A stretch of 63,364 nucleotides of DNA, filler included, from Reticulomyxa filosa (GCA_000512085.1; 18 parts of 18 records of this genome joined end to end with filler, not necessarily neighbours in it); one strand, 5' to 3'. Positions 13,657 to 26,970 are shown, counted from the whole stretch's first letter. Notes: generated by a model from the sequence alone, not told the origin. Translations and numbers: made by a program.

Positions 13657-14300
13657 ATGAACACAATAAAAGAAAAACTAAAGCGATACTACCAATCACA
13701 AGACAAGTTGGCTCCATTATTTGATGATCATGAACAATCCATTGGCACGTGCTACATTCGATTAGCTCTTTTGACCCAACAACAAAAAGATAAAATGATC
13801 AAATTCATTATGTTGTTCATTAATCTATTGAAATCAAACTAAAACAATTAAATTGCAAGATATTTGGAATGATAAGAAAAATCAATCAAAAATGCATTAC
13901 ATTAATATTCGAAGAGAAGCAGGGAATGAAAAAAGTGTATTGTCTCAAAGAATCTCATATTCATGAGGAAATGGTCAAATATTGAAGTATCAATTTAAAT
14001 ATATATCACATTCCTTTAAAAAAAATAGTCAATATTTTTTATCACATTAATGATAGTGGGAATGACGAAAAAAAAAAATGAAAGTAATCATGATATTGAA
14101 TATTTATAATCAATCGTTATCAATCAATTACATATTCCACAATGGAATTCGAATGATACCAAATGCATTATTAATTCAATGAATGAATTGTTATTATTAT
14201 TAGATGGATTTGATGAAATTGTAAATGAAGTTGGAAAAAATACTAATTTATAATCATAGTTGCAACGTTGCACTTCAAATGAAAAATATTCCATAATTTA
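13657..14300 (+). pseudogene. NACHT (STAND) NTPase pseudogene
   Basis: N-terminal KLKRYYQSQDKLAPLFDD..CYIRLALL; degenerate Walker A IRREAGNEKSVLSQRISY (about 13906-13960); Walker B LLLLLDGFDEI (14188-14220); multiple stops and frameshifts. Confidence 0.75.
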
Positions 14301-14509
14301 TCTCCATGACACATCACAATTGAATATATTTTGTGCTCGTCTCCTGAACTAAAACAAAATAACAGCATTTAATATTTTTCTTCATTTTCTGACTTTGATG
14401 ATTAATAAAATTATCAATTGGTAAGATATTATGTTAAATAAATTGAAATATATTTAAATTAAATATGCTAATATGTATTAATATGATAAGTAATAAATAA
14501 CAAATAATT

Positions 14510-14890
14510 ATTTCTTCCACCAATCACTGCACGCACTCCTGCATAATAGTTATTTTAATCTCTTCCAATGATAATTGGATTATTATTATTGTCTTTGAAA
14601 GAAATCCATTACTTGTAAGTATTTAATTCATCTAATTTAATTAATTTTTTTGATATGTTACTCCAAATACTTAGTATGCATAATTTTTCCATTCCGATCA
14701 GATCCAAAAGATAATAAAGTGATTTGATTACTGTTTTTGTTGTTGTTATCTATTAGTTTTACTATACAATGTCGTTTTTGAATATATGATAAGAATATCA
14801 AGGTCTTTGTTCATAACTTCCACAAATGATGAGTTCATATTTATATAACACACATTGAGACTGTGCAAAGTTTAAAAGAGAGTAATAAGA
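14510..14890 (-). pseudogene. Kelch-type beta-propeller family pseudogene
   Basis: Minus-strand fragments FAQSQCVLYKYELIICGSYEQR, RHCIVKLIDNNNKNSNQITLLSFGS and YYAGVRAVIGG, with deletions and stops. Confidence 0.7.
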
Positions 14891-15476
14891 TGTTGATTTT
14901 ACATTTAATGATTTCTACCACTCTTATCAAAAAATATTACTATTAACTTGCTGAAGAAGATACAATTAGTTAAAAAGTTTTAATAATTACAAAAACTGAT
15001 TTGATGAGTATATTTAATCTTGAAATATTTTCTTAAACTTGTCTTATTCATAATCCATTCAATAAAATGCGCAAGAAATATTCAACCAATGTGATTGATA
15101 CTGATAACAATATTCAATAACATACTATTTCAAAATTGTATTTGTGTACATTATTCAATTATAAAGAATCCTGTAATTACTTTGAATGAAATAACATATA
15201 ATCAATCATCAATTATGAATATTAATATTCTTCTTTAATCATTGATAAAAATTTACGATCGATCAAATTATTTTTCGGATGAAATGGAAATACTTGTTAA
15301 ACATACGATTTTAATAATTTTTTGTTTAATGACCAAAAAAAAATAGCAAATAAACATTTTTGGTAATAGAAAATCATTCATCCAATGAAACAATATTTGA
15401 TATTTAAAACATTCTTGTTCTTGTGTTTAGTTGTCTGTTGTCCCCCAAATATTGGTTCAAAAAAAAAGTATCTAAC

Positions 15477-15916
15477 ATGTCTATTCAAATCAACAATATC
15501 TTTCAAAGTTTACCTGAATTATCTAAGCCATTCACAATTTCACAATGTATTTTATTCAAGAATGAACTTCTTATTTGTGGAGGTTATGAAACTAATGACT
15601 GTATCCAATTGAACAGATATTGTGTTATACAATTGCTTCATCTACAAACCAATTCCAATGAAATTAATTTATTATTCTTTGAAGGACAATATCCAAGTCA
15701 AATGAAACAAATATTTTTAATGAAATATAAAAAGAATTCCAAATATGAACATGATTCTATTTATCAATCTTTTAACACTAATATTCGTGGATTGATTGGT
15801 GGAATGAATAATGATTTATTTTATCCAAAAAACATTGAAGTTATTGATCGGAATCAAAAATAACATTATACCAAAAGAAGATCATAGATTTGGAATTAAA
15901 TATCATTAACGAATCA
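15477..15916 (+). pseudogene. Kelch-type family pseudogene with internal deletions (paralogue of 14510-14890)
   Basis: FQSLPELSKPFTISQCILFKNELLICGGYETNDC, YCVIQLLH..NEINLLFF and IRGLIGGMNNDLF occur in the same order as in the minus-strand copy. Confidence 0.7.
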
Positions 15917-17745
15917 NNNNNNNNNNNNNNNNNNNNNNNNNNNNNNNNNNNNNNNNNNNNTTAATTAATTAANNNNNNNNNNNNNNNNNNNNNNNNNNNN
16001 NNNNNNNNNNNNNNNNACAATTATAAGTCACTTACTACTTTCTGTGAATTTTTTGTAGCACGAAATGTTACCTACTTTTCATGATGAAAATTTAGTTTTG
16101 CAAAAAAATTGACGAAAACAACTTTTGTTGTTTCGAGTTTTCAATTTGCTTTTTAAAGACGCTTATATTACAGAAAATCTTTAACATACGTGTAGTGTAG
16201 TCTCCATGTCATTAACAAAAGCCTTTTGGGAAACCCTTAAAGCAGTGAGAAACTTAAGTATGAAAAGAACGATTTCCTCCTGAAGACGACCCAACTCGAA
16301 CTAAACGTCTCGTTTCCATAATCAAAAAATTATCTTTTATTTTTTTGTCATCATCCACTTTTTTAAGTCAAACCAACAAATAATCGAGTTTTTATGCAAA
16401 AACACTTTTTAATCAATGTCATTTATATGATTTTTTCTCTAAAAGCGCTACAATGTTGCAAAATTTGAAACATCATTACAAATATTAATACTTGTCCTTC
16501 TTTAGAGATATTTTTAAACAAAGGATTACGAGTCACAAAAGTAATATTCTGCTTTCAAGAATGAAATTGAAAAGTATTTGAAGAGTTAAAAATACACATC
16601 AGTTATAATATAATTAGTAAAATTTGATGGCAAATTATTAAAGAATAAATAGCTGAGGAAAGTGTCAACTCATTTTAATTGTCAATATTTGTGTTCTGGA
16701 TCTGGTGGCAATACGTTTGTTTGTGTGATGTAGAAATATCAAATCATTACATGCTTTCGACTGAAGATATATTTGGTGTGGATATTTCATCATTGCAAAG
16801 CAATAACAGTAACAAAGATAAAGCAATAGTACTAGTAATTAGTGATAATTGTTATACAATTGTTCTGGATCATTTGATAATTCCATTCGTATATGTTATT
16901 GAAATGACCAAGCAATTCATTGTATTCAAAGGATATAGAAATACAGTAATGATGTAAAATAGAACCAAGTAAATTAGGAATTAGTTGTTGTGAAAATACA
17001 ATATTTTTTTATCATGTGATGAAAGTGCTCGTTGGTAGGATATTCGACCTGATCAATATGCAAGTGTTCAATGGACATACAAGTTGAATATTCACCACTC
17101 GTAATAAAAAATAATATTGAAGCTGCTGATTCCAATATGATATGTTTCGGATCAACTGATAATATATTAAACACGAGCTGTATGTGATCAGGAACTTGTG
17201 AAGATAATTGTCTTAAATTTGTATCATTGAATAAGATAGTAAAAAATATCAAACAAAAATTAATGATTGTTGTGGTATTAATTTATATTTTGGTTTAGGC
17301 AAATGTCCAATTCGTTTGGTGACAATTTGGTAATAATTTAACTTTTTCGTAATGTTGGATCGACAGCACCACAGTCAAATTCTCAAATCAGATAACGTTC
17401 CATGGTAAGAAAATTACACAAAGTCCTTTTTTTTTTAAAATCAAAGCCATATTTCCAATTTTTTTACTTTGTATTGTGCTACGTTACTGATTACAATTTC
17501 TATGGCGCACGACAAGATGTACATGTGCTTTAGTATTAGAAAAGATTATGTTTTTTTTAGGTTTTATGTAAATTGTCGGTTTATTGTACAAGCGGAAGTA
17601 AAATTGTAATGAAAATAACAGCGCTTGTGAANNNNNNNNNNNNNNNNNNNNNNNNNNNNNNNNNNNNNNNNNNNNTTAATTAATTAANNNNNNNNNNNNN
17701 NNNNNNNNNNNNNNNNNNNNNNNNNNNNNNNCAAAAGAATAGGGT

Positions 17746-17783
<38 letters not shown>

Positions 17784-17786
<3 letters not shown>

Positions 17787-18656
17787 TTGAGATCCGTAGA
17801 TTGGCTGGACGATGAAGCACGCAAAGAAGCATACGACTACTTGGAAAGATGGGCCCAACCCAACTATCCCGAAGACTGCATCGAGTTGTTGCGACACGAG
17901 TTTGTGGACAACCGCGTGCGACTGTATGCGATAAACAACTTGAACCGACTGGACGACTACACGCTAAATCGCTACTTGCTGCAATTGGTTCAGGCGCTGA
18001 AATGCGAAGCTCATCACAACTCGTTTTTGTCGCGATTTCTAATCTACCGAGCCATTAACAATCCTTGGCAGATTGGACACTTTCTATTTTGGCATTTGAA
18101 GTCTGAGTACCAAAGCGAAGAGTGGTGCGAGCGCTTCGGTCTGCTGATGGAGGAATACTTTGTGCATTTGCCGTCGTTTGCCATGATGACCGACTTGGTG
18201 GTACAAAACAACTTAATGAACCGACTGACCGGCATTAGCAACGAGATTCGCTATTGGTATCACGACGCCAAAAAGTCCAAAGAGTACTGCACAAATGTGC
18301 TGAAGAAAGAGTTGGACGGTGTCAATCAAGACATTGTCGACGTCTTGTCGTTGCCATTAAACCCCTGTCTCAAAGTCAAGAAATTGAAAATGGAAAAGTG
18401 TCGCTTCATGAGCAGTGCCAAAGTCCCTCTGTGGCTCTGCTTTCGAAACGCCGATACTTACAGTTTGAATGAAGACGAGATCAAGTTCGATTTGGCTCTC
18501 AATGACTCCTTACGTACCAATATCAGTAGCTTTTTGAATGGCGGAGGCAGTAGCACTAATTTGCAACTGAACGGTAGTAGCAGTAATCTTAATGCAATTA
18601 ATAATAACAATAATAATAATAATAATAATAGTAATAGTAATAATAATAACAATAAC

Positions 18657-18723
<67 letters not shown>

Positions 18724-19703
18724 GTGGTAGTAATAGTAACATTATCGGTCGACAACCAAGTGGCGTTGACGAAGCCAGTCCAAGTGGCTCCACAATTATC
18801 TCACACGATGTTCAGGTGCTATTCAAGTCTGGCGACGATCTGAGACAAGATATTCTGACCTTGCAAATGCTGTACATTATGGACGAGCTGTGGCTCCGAA
18901 AAAACTTGGACTTGCGCATGAAACCTTATGGAGTCATCGCTACCGCCGAAAATGTTGGCTTGGTCGAGTTGATTTTGAATTGCAAAACGGCCAATGATAT
19001 CCACACTGAAGCGGGCACCTATCGCGGCTCTTTTGATAAGAAAACACACTTGCAATATTTGGAGCGATGTCATCCCCCTAAAAACGACTTGCACGCATAT
19101 CACAAAGCACGCGAATATTATGCACGTTCATGCGCGGGCTATAGTGTCAGTACCTGGCTTTTGGGCATTGGTGATCGACATCCCTCCAACATCATGATCC
19201 ATTACAACGGAACCTTATTCCATATCGATTTCGGCCATTTCTTGGGCAATTTCAAGTCCAAAACCATTGCCGGGCTATACAAATTTGAACGTGAAAAGAC
19301 ACCTTTTGTTTTCACACCGATGATGAAATTTGCAATTGATGAAGGTAAAAAAAAAAAAAAAAAAAATGCACGTTTTTAATCTAAATGCTACTTTTTACAA
19401 AAAAAAAAAAAAGGAAAAGAGCCTTCGCAGCAATATAAGGAATTTGTTCAATGGTTTTTCCAAGCATTCAATGAAGTTCGTGTGCGCTACAAAATGCTTA
19501 GTAACCTGTTTTTGTTAATGGTCCCCTCGCACATGCCAGAATTAATCCGGGAAAATGATGTGTCTTATGTGCGTAGGCAACTGCGCTTGGATTTAGACAA
19601 CATCAACGAATTAGCAGCACACGTGGAACTTACCATCAGTGCATGCTTGAACGACAAAAATAGATTGTGGGATAACGCTGCACATGCTGCCAAACATGCC
19701 TGA
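17784..19703 (+). CDS. Phosphoinositide 3-kinase catalytic subunit, class I-like (helical + kinase domains); 5'-truncated; exons 17784-19344 and 19414-19703
   Basis: FLRSVDW, YLLQLVQALK, FMSSAKVPLWL, FKSGDDLRQD, GIGDRHPSN, HIDFGHFLG and a basic activation loop. The 69-nt GT-AG intron restores the frame. Confidence 0.95.
18598..18722 (+). repeat. (AAT)n microsatellite encoding poly-Asn within the PI3K kinase domain
   Basis: About 40 near-perfect AAT units, in frame. Confidence 0.95.
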
Positions 19704-20289
19704 TGTATCAATATTTGTGTATTGTTTGTTTTTTCTAAGCGTGAACGTACAATCAAGACAATTGTAGGTACACACGCATTTTGGTGTCATTACGGTTGTG
19801 AATTCATTATCGCTTTAAAAATCTTTCGATCAAGAACATGAATTTGTAAATACGTGCAAGATATAATCAACAAAAACAATGTAAACTTTCTTAATCAAAC
19901 AGGATGAAAATCGTTGTAAATGTAATAAATATCAAATTTGTATTTTTTGAAAAAAAGGCTCTTTTAGTTTACAACTTATATGTGGAGATGATTTTGCAAG
20001 TTTCATAAAATAATCGTAAATTCCTTAATGTGTTATCTTATAAATAATGTTGTGTCTTCACGTTTGCGCCTTACAAAGATAGTTCTTCGTGAAGAAACAA
20101 CATTTAAACCTAATTTTTTCATCTTAAAAATCCAAACTTCAACCGATACCAACACACACACATACGAACAAAAAACAAAACTCGGAGCAGTTTCACTTGT
20201 TCTTGGTATTGAATTTTCGATTCCTTTATCTCTTTTTCGTGTGCAATCAATTTGTCCCTGTAATTGTATGGCATAGATTTGGACAAGAT

Positions 20290-20600
20290 TCAAGTGAAGG
20301 TGTTTTTTTTATATTACATCGCAATATGATATCCGTGTACCCATATTGGCGAAATGGACAATCGATTGGAGACAATGGACATGAATTTTCTAAATGCTCT
20401 TGAATGTATTCTATTTTGCATTCGTATTGACATCCAGGATTGGAATCATGCCAATCTCATCGCGTCTTTCACAACTTGTTTACATTCGAAACACATATCT
20501 ATTTTTTTGAGATCCAAACTTTACAATGATAGTAGCAACAAATGGATATTGGTGATAATCGAAGATTTTTTGATCACGTCCATAGAATTGCCACAAACAA
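20290..20600 (-). pseudogene. TRAF-type zinc-finger protein pseudogene
   Basis: Minus strand GCQYECKIEYIQEHLENSCPLSPIDCPFRQYGYTDIILRCNIK/KHL has TRAF-finger spacing with a Cys-to-Tyr change and a frameshift; the upstream part is stop-riddled. Confidence 0.6.
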
Positions 20601-21123
20601 ATAAATTGGAATATCATTATTTTTTTCTTTTTTTCAACAGTGTAAATGGAACTTGATTGTGCTAAAGTAAGTTGGAAAAAAAAACTGCCAACCATTGAAG
20701 TGATTATGTTAAAATTTCTCTTTTTAGTTTTTTTATATCCATTTTTACTGTGTTACATTGATACAATGCATCAATTGATAAGTGACCATTAACACAATTT
20801 TCATTGATCATTAACAATTCTTTAATATTGGTAGTGCATAAATTCTTTCGAAGTATTTTTAACAATTAATTGATAAGTATTAAATGTATAGTACAAGAAA
20901 GACAATTCCAAAATAATATTATGATAAAAATAATTGGAAAATAATTAATTGTTATGATCTTTTATTAACATACAAAAAAAAAATACCCTAAAAATGAACT
21001 GATGAAAAAAATTTAACAATATTNNNNNNNNNNNNNNNNNNNNNNNNNNNNNNNNNNNNNNNNNNNNTTAATTAATTAANNNNNNNNNNNNNNNNNNNNN
21101 NNNNNNNNNNNNNNNNNNNNNNN

Positions 21124-21158
<35 letters not shown>

Positions 21159-22663
21159 GATGTTGCTGTTGTTGTTGTTGTTGTTGTGAATGTGCGTGTG
21201 CATGCGCATGTGGGTGCGTATGCTGATGCTGTTGCGTTCTTTGATACCGTTGATGCATCATCTTCTGATGTTGCATTTGCTGCTGAAGCAACGCTTGGTT
21301 GTGAAGTCCAGATGCGATGGCTGTACCCGCCATGGCCGGATTGCCGGCGGCTGACGACAGCAGTTGTGCTTGGGACTGCGATTGCGACGGTGTCGGATAA
21401 TGATAGGCTCCATGGAGATAAGAAGCCCCTGCAAACGTGGTCGGCATTACTCCAAAATGCGGATATGTCATGTTTCCGTTTTTGGCTGCCGCCGCTGCTG
21501 CCGCTGCTGCTGCTGCTGCCGCTGACGATGATGATGATGATGACAATGAGGACGATGATGACGATGATGATGATGATGATGATGACATCAAACCATCGCC
21601 ATGAGGACGAAACGCAGCCCCGGGATGTCCAGTTGGATGGAAGGGCATTCCAAAGTGCTGCACTGGTCCCAACATAGGCCTCTTTCGATGATGACGCATC
21701 TCTGACGCGTCGCGATGATGCTTTCGTAACTTTGTTGGAGCGACGGTGAGCGATGTCTCCAATGGCGGACAAGTCCAAATTTTTACGACAGTAGCTTATC
21801 ATTTCTTTCTCGTGCTCGTTCAAGTCTTTCAATTGTCCTTTTTGTCGTTGCAACTCTTTGCTCAATTCTTGTCTTTCTCTTTCCAGCTTGCTGATCAACT
21901 GCTGCGTACGCTTCTCTTTCACACTCTTTGTCACTGCCAGTAGTCCGATTTGGAAACTGCGATTGCTGCCCAAGTCCAATGGAAGCTTTTGTTTCAATAA
22001 GGATGCAGGTGCACGTGGATCCTTTCCTTTTTCTTTCGCCCATTTTTTTTTGTTTGTATTTTCGTCCAATTTCTGTTTCACGTTTATTGTTTACATATAC
22101 ATACATACACGTGCATATACACATGCATGAGCAATGTATTTTTTTTAAATTTTTTTTTTTTTTTTTCTTCCCCCTTTTCTCCCCTTTCAAAAAAAAAAAA
22201 ATACAAACTTTAAGTTGATATGCACGATAAATACTCCATAGCTCTCTTTGTGTTCGCATGCGACCATGAACACAAGTGGAATGACGATTGACATAAGAGC
22301 GCAGTCTTGACCAGCTGGGGATGCTATCTTTCGTGTGATGACTCTCTATCCAGGCCAGTATTTCATCCAATTCCAAAGTGCTCACTGGAGTTTTTCGGGA
22401 TAAAAACTCTTCGCTATGCGTGTCAATCTTGCGACGACGCGACGCTTCCTGCATCTCCTGCTCGTACTCTTTTTCCTCTTCTTTTTCCGATGGCGTCTCT
22501 TTCGACGGCTTGTCGAACGCAACTTCGCGGCCTTTCTGCTTTGTGCCTTCCAGGTTTTTTACATTTTCCCCGTCCATGCCTTTCACTGGCAATTGCTTTT
22601 CGAACACACTTGGTTTCGGTGCAAAGATTTGTTCCACTGCTGGCAATTCCTTTTTTTTTTTTT
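21124..22663 (-). CDS. Partial probable nuclear protein: Myb/SANT-like helical segment, coiled coil and poly-S/A/Q tail; intron 22208-22073; +1 frame change near 21780
   Basis: Phase-0 intron joins ...YQLK|KLDENTN; the ORFs 21068-22081 and 21076-21762 overlap; homopolymeric amino-acid runs. Confidence 0.65.
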
Positions 22664-22763
22664 NNNNNNNNNNNNNNNNNNNNNNNNNNNNNNNNNNNNN
22701 NNNNNNNTTAATTAATTAANNNNNNNNNNNNNNNNNNNNNNNNNNNNNNNNNNNNNNNNNNNN

Positions 22764-22910
22764 TTGTTGTTGCTGTTGTGGTGTTATTCCTTCTGCGTAC
22801 TCGTCTTGTTGCATGTACTGTTGCTGTAACTGGGCCTGGACTTCTGGAGGTAGAGAAGACAGCACATTTTGTTGCTCTTGATAAATACCTTCATCTTGTT
22901 CACCGCTCAT
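22764..22910 (-). CDS. 5' end of a Gln-rich protein (MSGEQDEGIYQEQQ...), truncated at a poly-Q repeat by the contig end
   Basis: ATG at 22910 after an AT-rich intergenic region; frame open to the spacer. Confidence 0.55.
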
Positions 22911-23202
22911 CCTATTTTTGGTGGCTATTGACAATATCAATTAATTTTCTAGTAACTTTATTATTTCCCTTTTTTAAACCAAACACCATACGAGATCACA
23001 TTGTCGAACCTGGTATATATTTTGCTCCCAGTGAAAGCATAAAGAGTATATATTGCCATCAATAGAAGAAAAAAGATGCGAAGTGATTATTTTCTTCAGC
23101 TTTTTTTTCAAATTTAATTTACGCAGAAAGACATATATCTGCCAACTAACTTCATTGCACGTTCGTTCAGTTGTTACTTTTTTTAAAAAGCCAAGTCTTA
23201 TT

Positions 23203-24540
23203 TTAAAAAAAGGAACAAAAACAATCCAAGCTGATAAGATTATCTTCTGTGATTTTATAAAATTCGGGAGCTCTCAAAAAAGATAAGCGCGAGTTATTCC
23301 GATGCCTGACTTGTGGGTGTGGCTGGATAGGAGTCACAATCAACTCGCTATACAATCCAATTAAAGCACATAATACAAAACAAAAGTGTTTTTGCACAAT
23401 TTCTAATGACATTTGTTTGCTCGTATTATTATGATTAGTATTATTAACTCGTATATCGCGAGAACGGGTGTCATTTTCATCTAGGTCTTCATAGGGTTCG
23501 CCTTCATCGGTAGTTTTGGGAACAGCAATGGACAACGGCGCATTAAAACCGGATCGTTTGGAACGATTAGCTTTGTTTTTTTTCTTGAATATGAAAAGGT
23601 ATGTTTCCGCTGCCTTGAAAGCATTTTGAAACAACGATGATGTCTTTGTCATCATCGTCTTTCCTCAGTTCAAACAATTTGTCAAAAAATCCCTCGAAAA
23701 AGTCGGCAATCGTTCCTTTGTATACGGTATTGAATGGAATGCGAAACTCTTTCCAATAGATTGTCTCAAAGGCGTCAAGTCGAAAATGGTTATAACGTTC
23801 CGCTATTCGGTCCATTTGCTCAGGTAGTTTACATTTTGTCTGTTTCATCACCTATCCAACGCAACAACAAAAATGCATTGTACGCATACTAATTTCCTCC
23901 AACACTTATTCTAAGAGAAGTCGACGTAACGATCCCGCGTATGTCTTGTTTTGCATTTTCGGATAATTCTTGTACTCGTTGCATTTCTGTTATCAATGAA
24001 ATATCGATTTCTGCACTGTTCGAACATAACTTCTTTTTTTGCTCCATGAAATCTTTGGCAAGTTTTCTGATATTCAACTTTAATGGAAAAAGTTGATAGA
24101 TCTGGTAGCAATGATGTGCTATTAATACAGGATATTCTGTTGTCATATTTACCCCCGTTAAATTTTCTATTGCCCATGGACTTGGTGATGTTCTTCTTCC
24201 TGTGTTTTGTTTGTTGTTGAAAAAGGCACAGGGAATAATTATACATTGTGTTATTGAAATGGGTTATGCTAATATACACACGTGTATCTACCGTATGATC
24301 ACATACATATGTATGCAGTAGATAAGTAAGTGTGGTAATGTGTCAGGAAAAAATAAAGCACACCTAGTGATGATGCAGTGAACAGATGATCCCCTTGAGT
24401 GATTGCATGCGGTTCATCACACATGCATCGATTGTCCACTTTTTCTTCACTTTGTTCGGCTTCACTGGAAAGCTTATCATGTTCGTCCTTTGCTTTTTTT
24501 TTCCTTTTTTCTTTTTCTTTTTCTTTTTCTTTTTCTTTTT
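23203..24540 (-). CDS. 3' part of a multi-exon hypothetical protein
   Basis: Exons AKDEHDKLSS...FTASSLG|RRTSPSPWAIENL...LRIS and VMKQTKCKLP...; one +1 change at the A-run near 23580. Confidence 0.55.
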
Positions 24541-26573
24541 NNNNNNNNNNNNNNNNNNNNNNNNNNNNNNNNNNNNNNNNNNNNTTAATTAATTAANNNN
24601 NNNNNNNNNNNNNNNNNNNNNNNNNNNNNNNNNNNNNNNNTATAATTTGATAAAAGATTTCAGGTGAGCTGGAGATGGGACATTCAAATTGTTGTTAAAA
24701 GAAAAATCAAAAAAGTACAATTCACAAAAAAGACAACTTTTTCCAATCAAAATATTGATGCAAGCGTTAAATACTTGCGATCAAATATTTGGCGTTGTTT
24801 GCACTTCGCTTCACTCCTGCTTGACACCGTAATCACTACAGCCACTTTCCAATTTCTTGATAGCAGTTGTATTCTTTGAAGACCTATGTTATATACGTAT
24901 GTATTGTCATACATATTCAATCACATTACAAAAAAACATTATAACTTGAAATATAGGTTGCGCATTCACAATAATAACCAGCTCACTACTTTCAATCCGT
25001 CATGAGCCACATACACAATATGGACATCCAATTTTTTTTTTTTAAAACATAACAACATTATCCATATTTGATACACGCCATCATTAATAGAAATTCGTTC
25101 AATGGATGAACAAATACACTTATTTGAGAAATGATAGATGCGTGCGTTGTAGAGTACAGCTTCCATGATTCGACAACATATTGGCAACAATTCGACTATG
25201 ACGTTGCCATCTTTGCTTTTCATGTATGCAACCATCGATATTACTGCGGTTGCTGTTACAATTGCATTATTGCTGAGGACTCACTGCAGCACCAATGACG
25301 ATATAAACAGCAAAAAAGTGTCCATTCATTCCAAAACTTCGTTGATACACCTTGGAATATCTATTAAAATATTTCAAATAACACATATAACATACATAAA
25401 AATAAATAACCAGTATACGTATAAAGATGCTGTGTTGCTATTGGTTATTGAATATGTACATATTTAAAAAAATGTATATAAAAAAACTTTTTTAAGCAAT
25501 GGACCCAAACACGATAATAACAACAAGTAACATGAACTTGGAACAAGCGCACATAAATGATCAATCGAATACTTTGTAGAAAAGGAGATGGGCTCGACTG
25601 CTGATATAGAATATGGTTCATTATCCACCCAGAGGCACCACCAACACATTGCCAATATCTACAATTTTTCTTGGTTCGCTAAATAATGGAGCGACTTTTG
25701 AATTGTCGATCCAATTATCGATTGGCACGATGTTGTTACTTTTTGTATCAAATACACAATAACGTTAGTTTTTCAGTACGTATCAAATCAAATCGTAGAA
25801 TACAGCAGTGGTATCCAAATATTGACGAGCACAATACCAGTCCAATGTGTTAAAACAATTGACAAAAGATTAAAAGAGAACCTGGACTGCGTTTCGTTGT
25901 TGACATCACAAGCATCACTGGCACTGCGCTTAACATTGTCACACCAGTTAAGAAGCTTCATTTGGGGGAGGAGGCCAATATATGAAATTAGTCCATGCAT
26001 AGGATTGCGCAAGGCCGCCACTCGCGGATGTGAAGATCCATTTCATAACGAAAGTAAGTTGGTTGATGGCCTTTTTTCTTTTAAAACAGATCCAACGCGG
26101 TACTCTCGGAATCTTCTTTCTATTTATCATCATCCCCCTCTTGTTGGCTTGGAGTTTCGCAGAAATCATTCACCAAATTGAGTCACGATATCGGAAAAAT
26201 AATCCCATGTAGCGTGTGCTCACTCCATCGCCATGTGTGATTATATATTTTCTGCAATGTCCTTTTCTTCTTTGTCTTGCATGCATTTCTTCGGCTAATC
26301 CAGTTGCTGCTGCCGTTGCGATTCGCGCAAAATGAAAACGAAATGATATCGATATTGCGGTTATTATCACACCTTTTTTTTTTTCTTCTTNNNNNNNNNN
26401 NNNNNNNNNNNNNNNNNNNNNNNNNNNNNNNNNNTTAATTAATTAANNNNNNNNNNNNNNNNNNNNNNNNNNNNNNNNNNNNNNNNNNNNAAAAAAAAAA
26501 AAAAAAATGTTATAAAAAATTTGAAAATACGCAATTCTAAAGACAACATTTTTAAAAATTTTGATATACGTAC

Positions 26574-26970
26574 GTATAAGCAATGGCTGTTCCACTTCCT
26601 TGCTTGTTCCAAGTTTTCTGGGTTCGTCAAGCTTTGCGAGGAAAATGCTACCTGGCATAATGCGTCACCCACGCCTATGCTCATTTTTGCTGGACACAGG
26701 TCATCGTCTGCGCCCTTCGACTTGACTGAGGACACCAATGGCGTTGTTGAAGCGACCTCTTTCTCAGGTATCGTAGCCAACGGGGCTTGCGTTTTTTTCA
26801 GAGACTTTCCAAATCGCTATATCATTCAAAAATAAACCCAAACAAATTTTTTTTTCTTCCACTGTCAAAGCACTAACCATGCGAGACACGGGCAAGAGAT
26901 CAGCTAATTTGGGAGCCCTTCCAGGAATAAATGGCCTTGCATGTACATTCAGAGCCTGATCAGTTTCCAT
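26574..26970 (-). CDS. First exon of a protein with an N-terminal PAM2 (PABP-interacting) motif
   Basis: ALNVHARPFIP resembles the eRF3-type PAM2 LNVNAKPFVP; removing one A at 26792-26798 joins the two ORFs; GT donor at 26573. Confidence 0.55.

Noticed and set aside
16017-17631. Possible membrane-protein pseudogene; similar fragments at 2945-5436 and 24641-26260
   Set aside because: Only short hydrophobic fragments between stops; no family can be supported.
18458-18843. Poly-Leu and poly-Ile ORFs that look like membrane proteins
   Set aside because: They are alternative frames and the opposite strand of the (AAT)n poly-Asn tract.
21186-21677. Plus-strand poly-Met/Leu ORF
   Set aside because: Antisense shadow of the poly-S/A/Q coding region.
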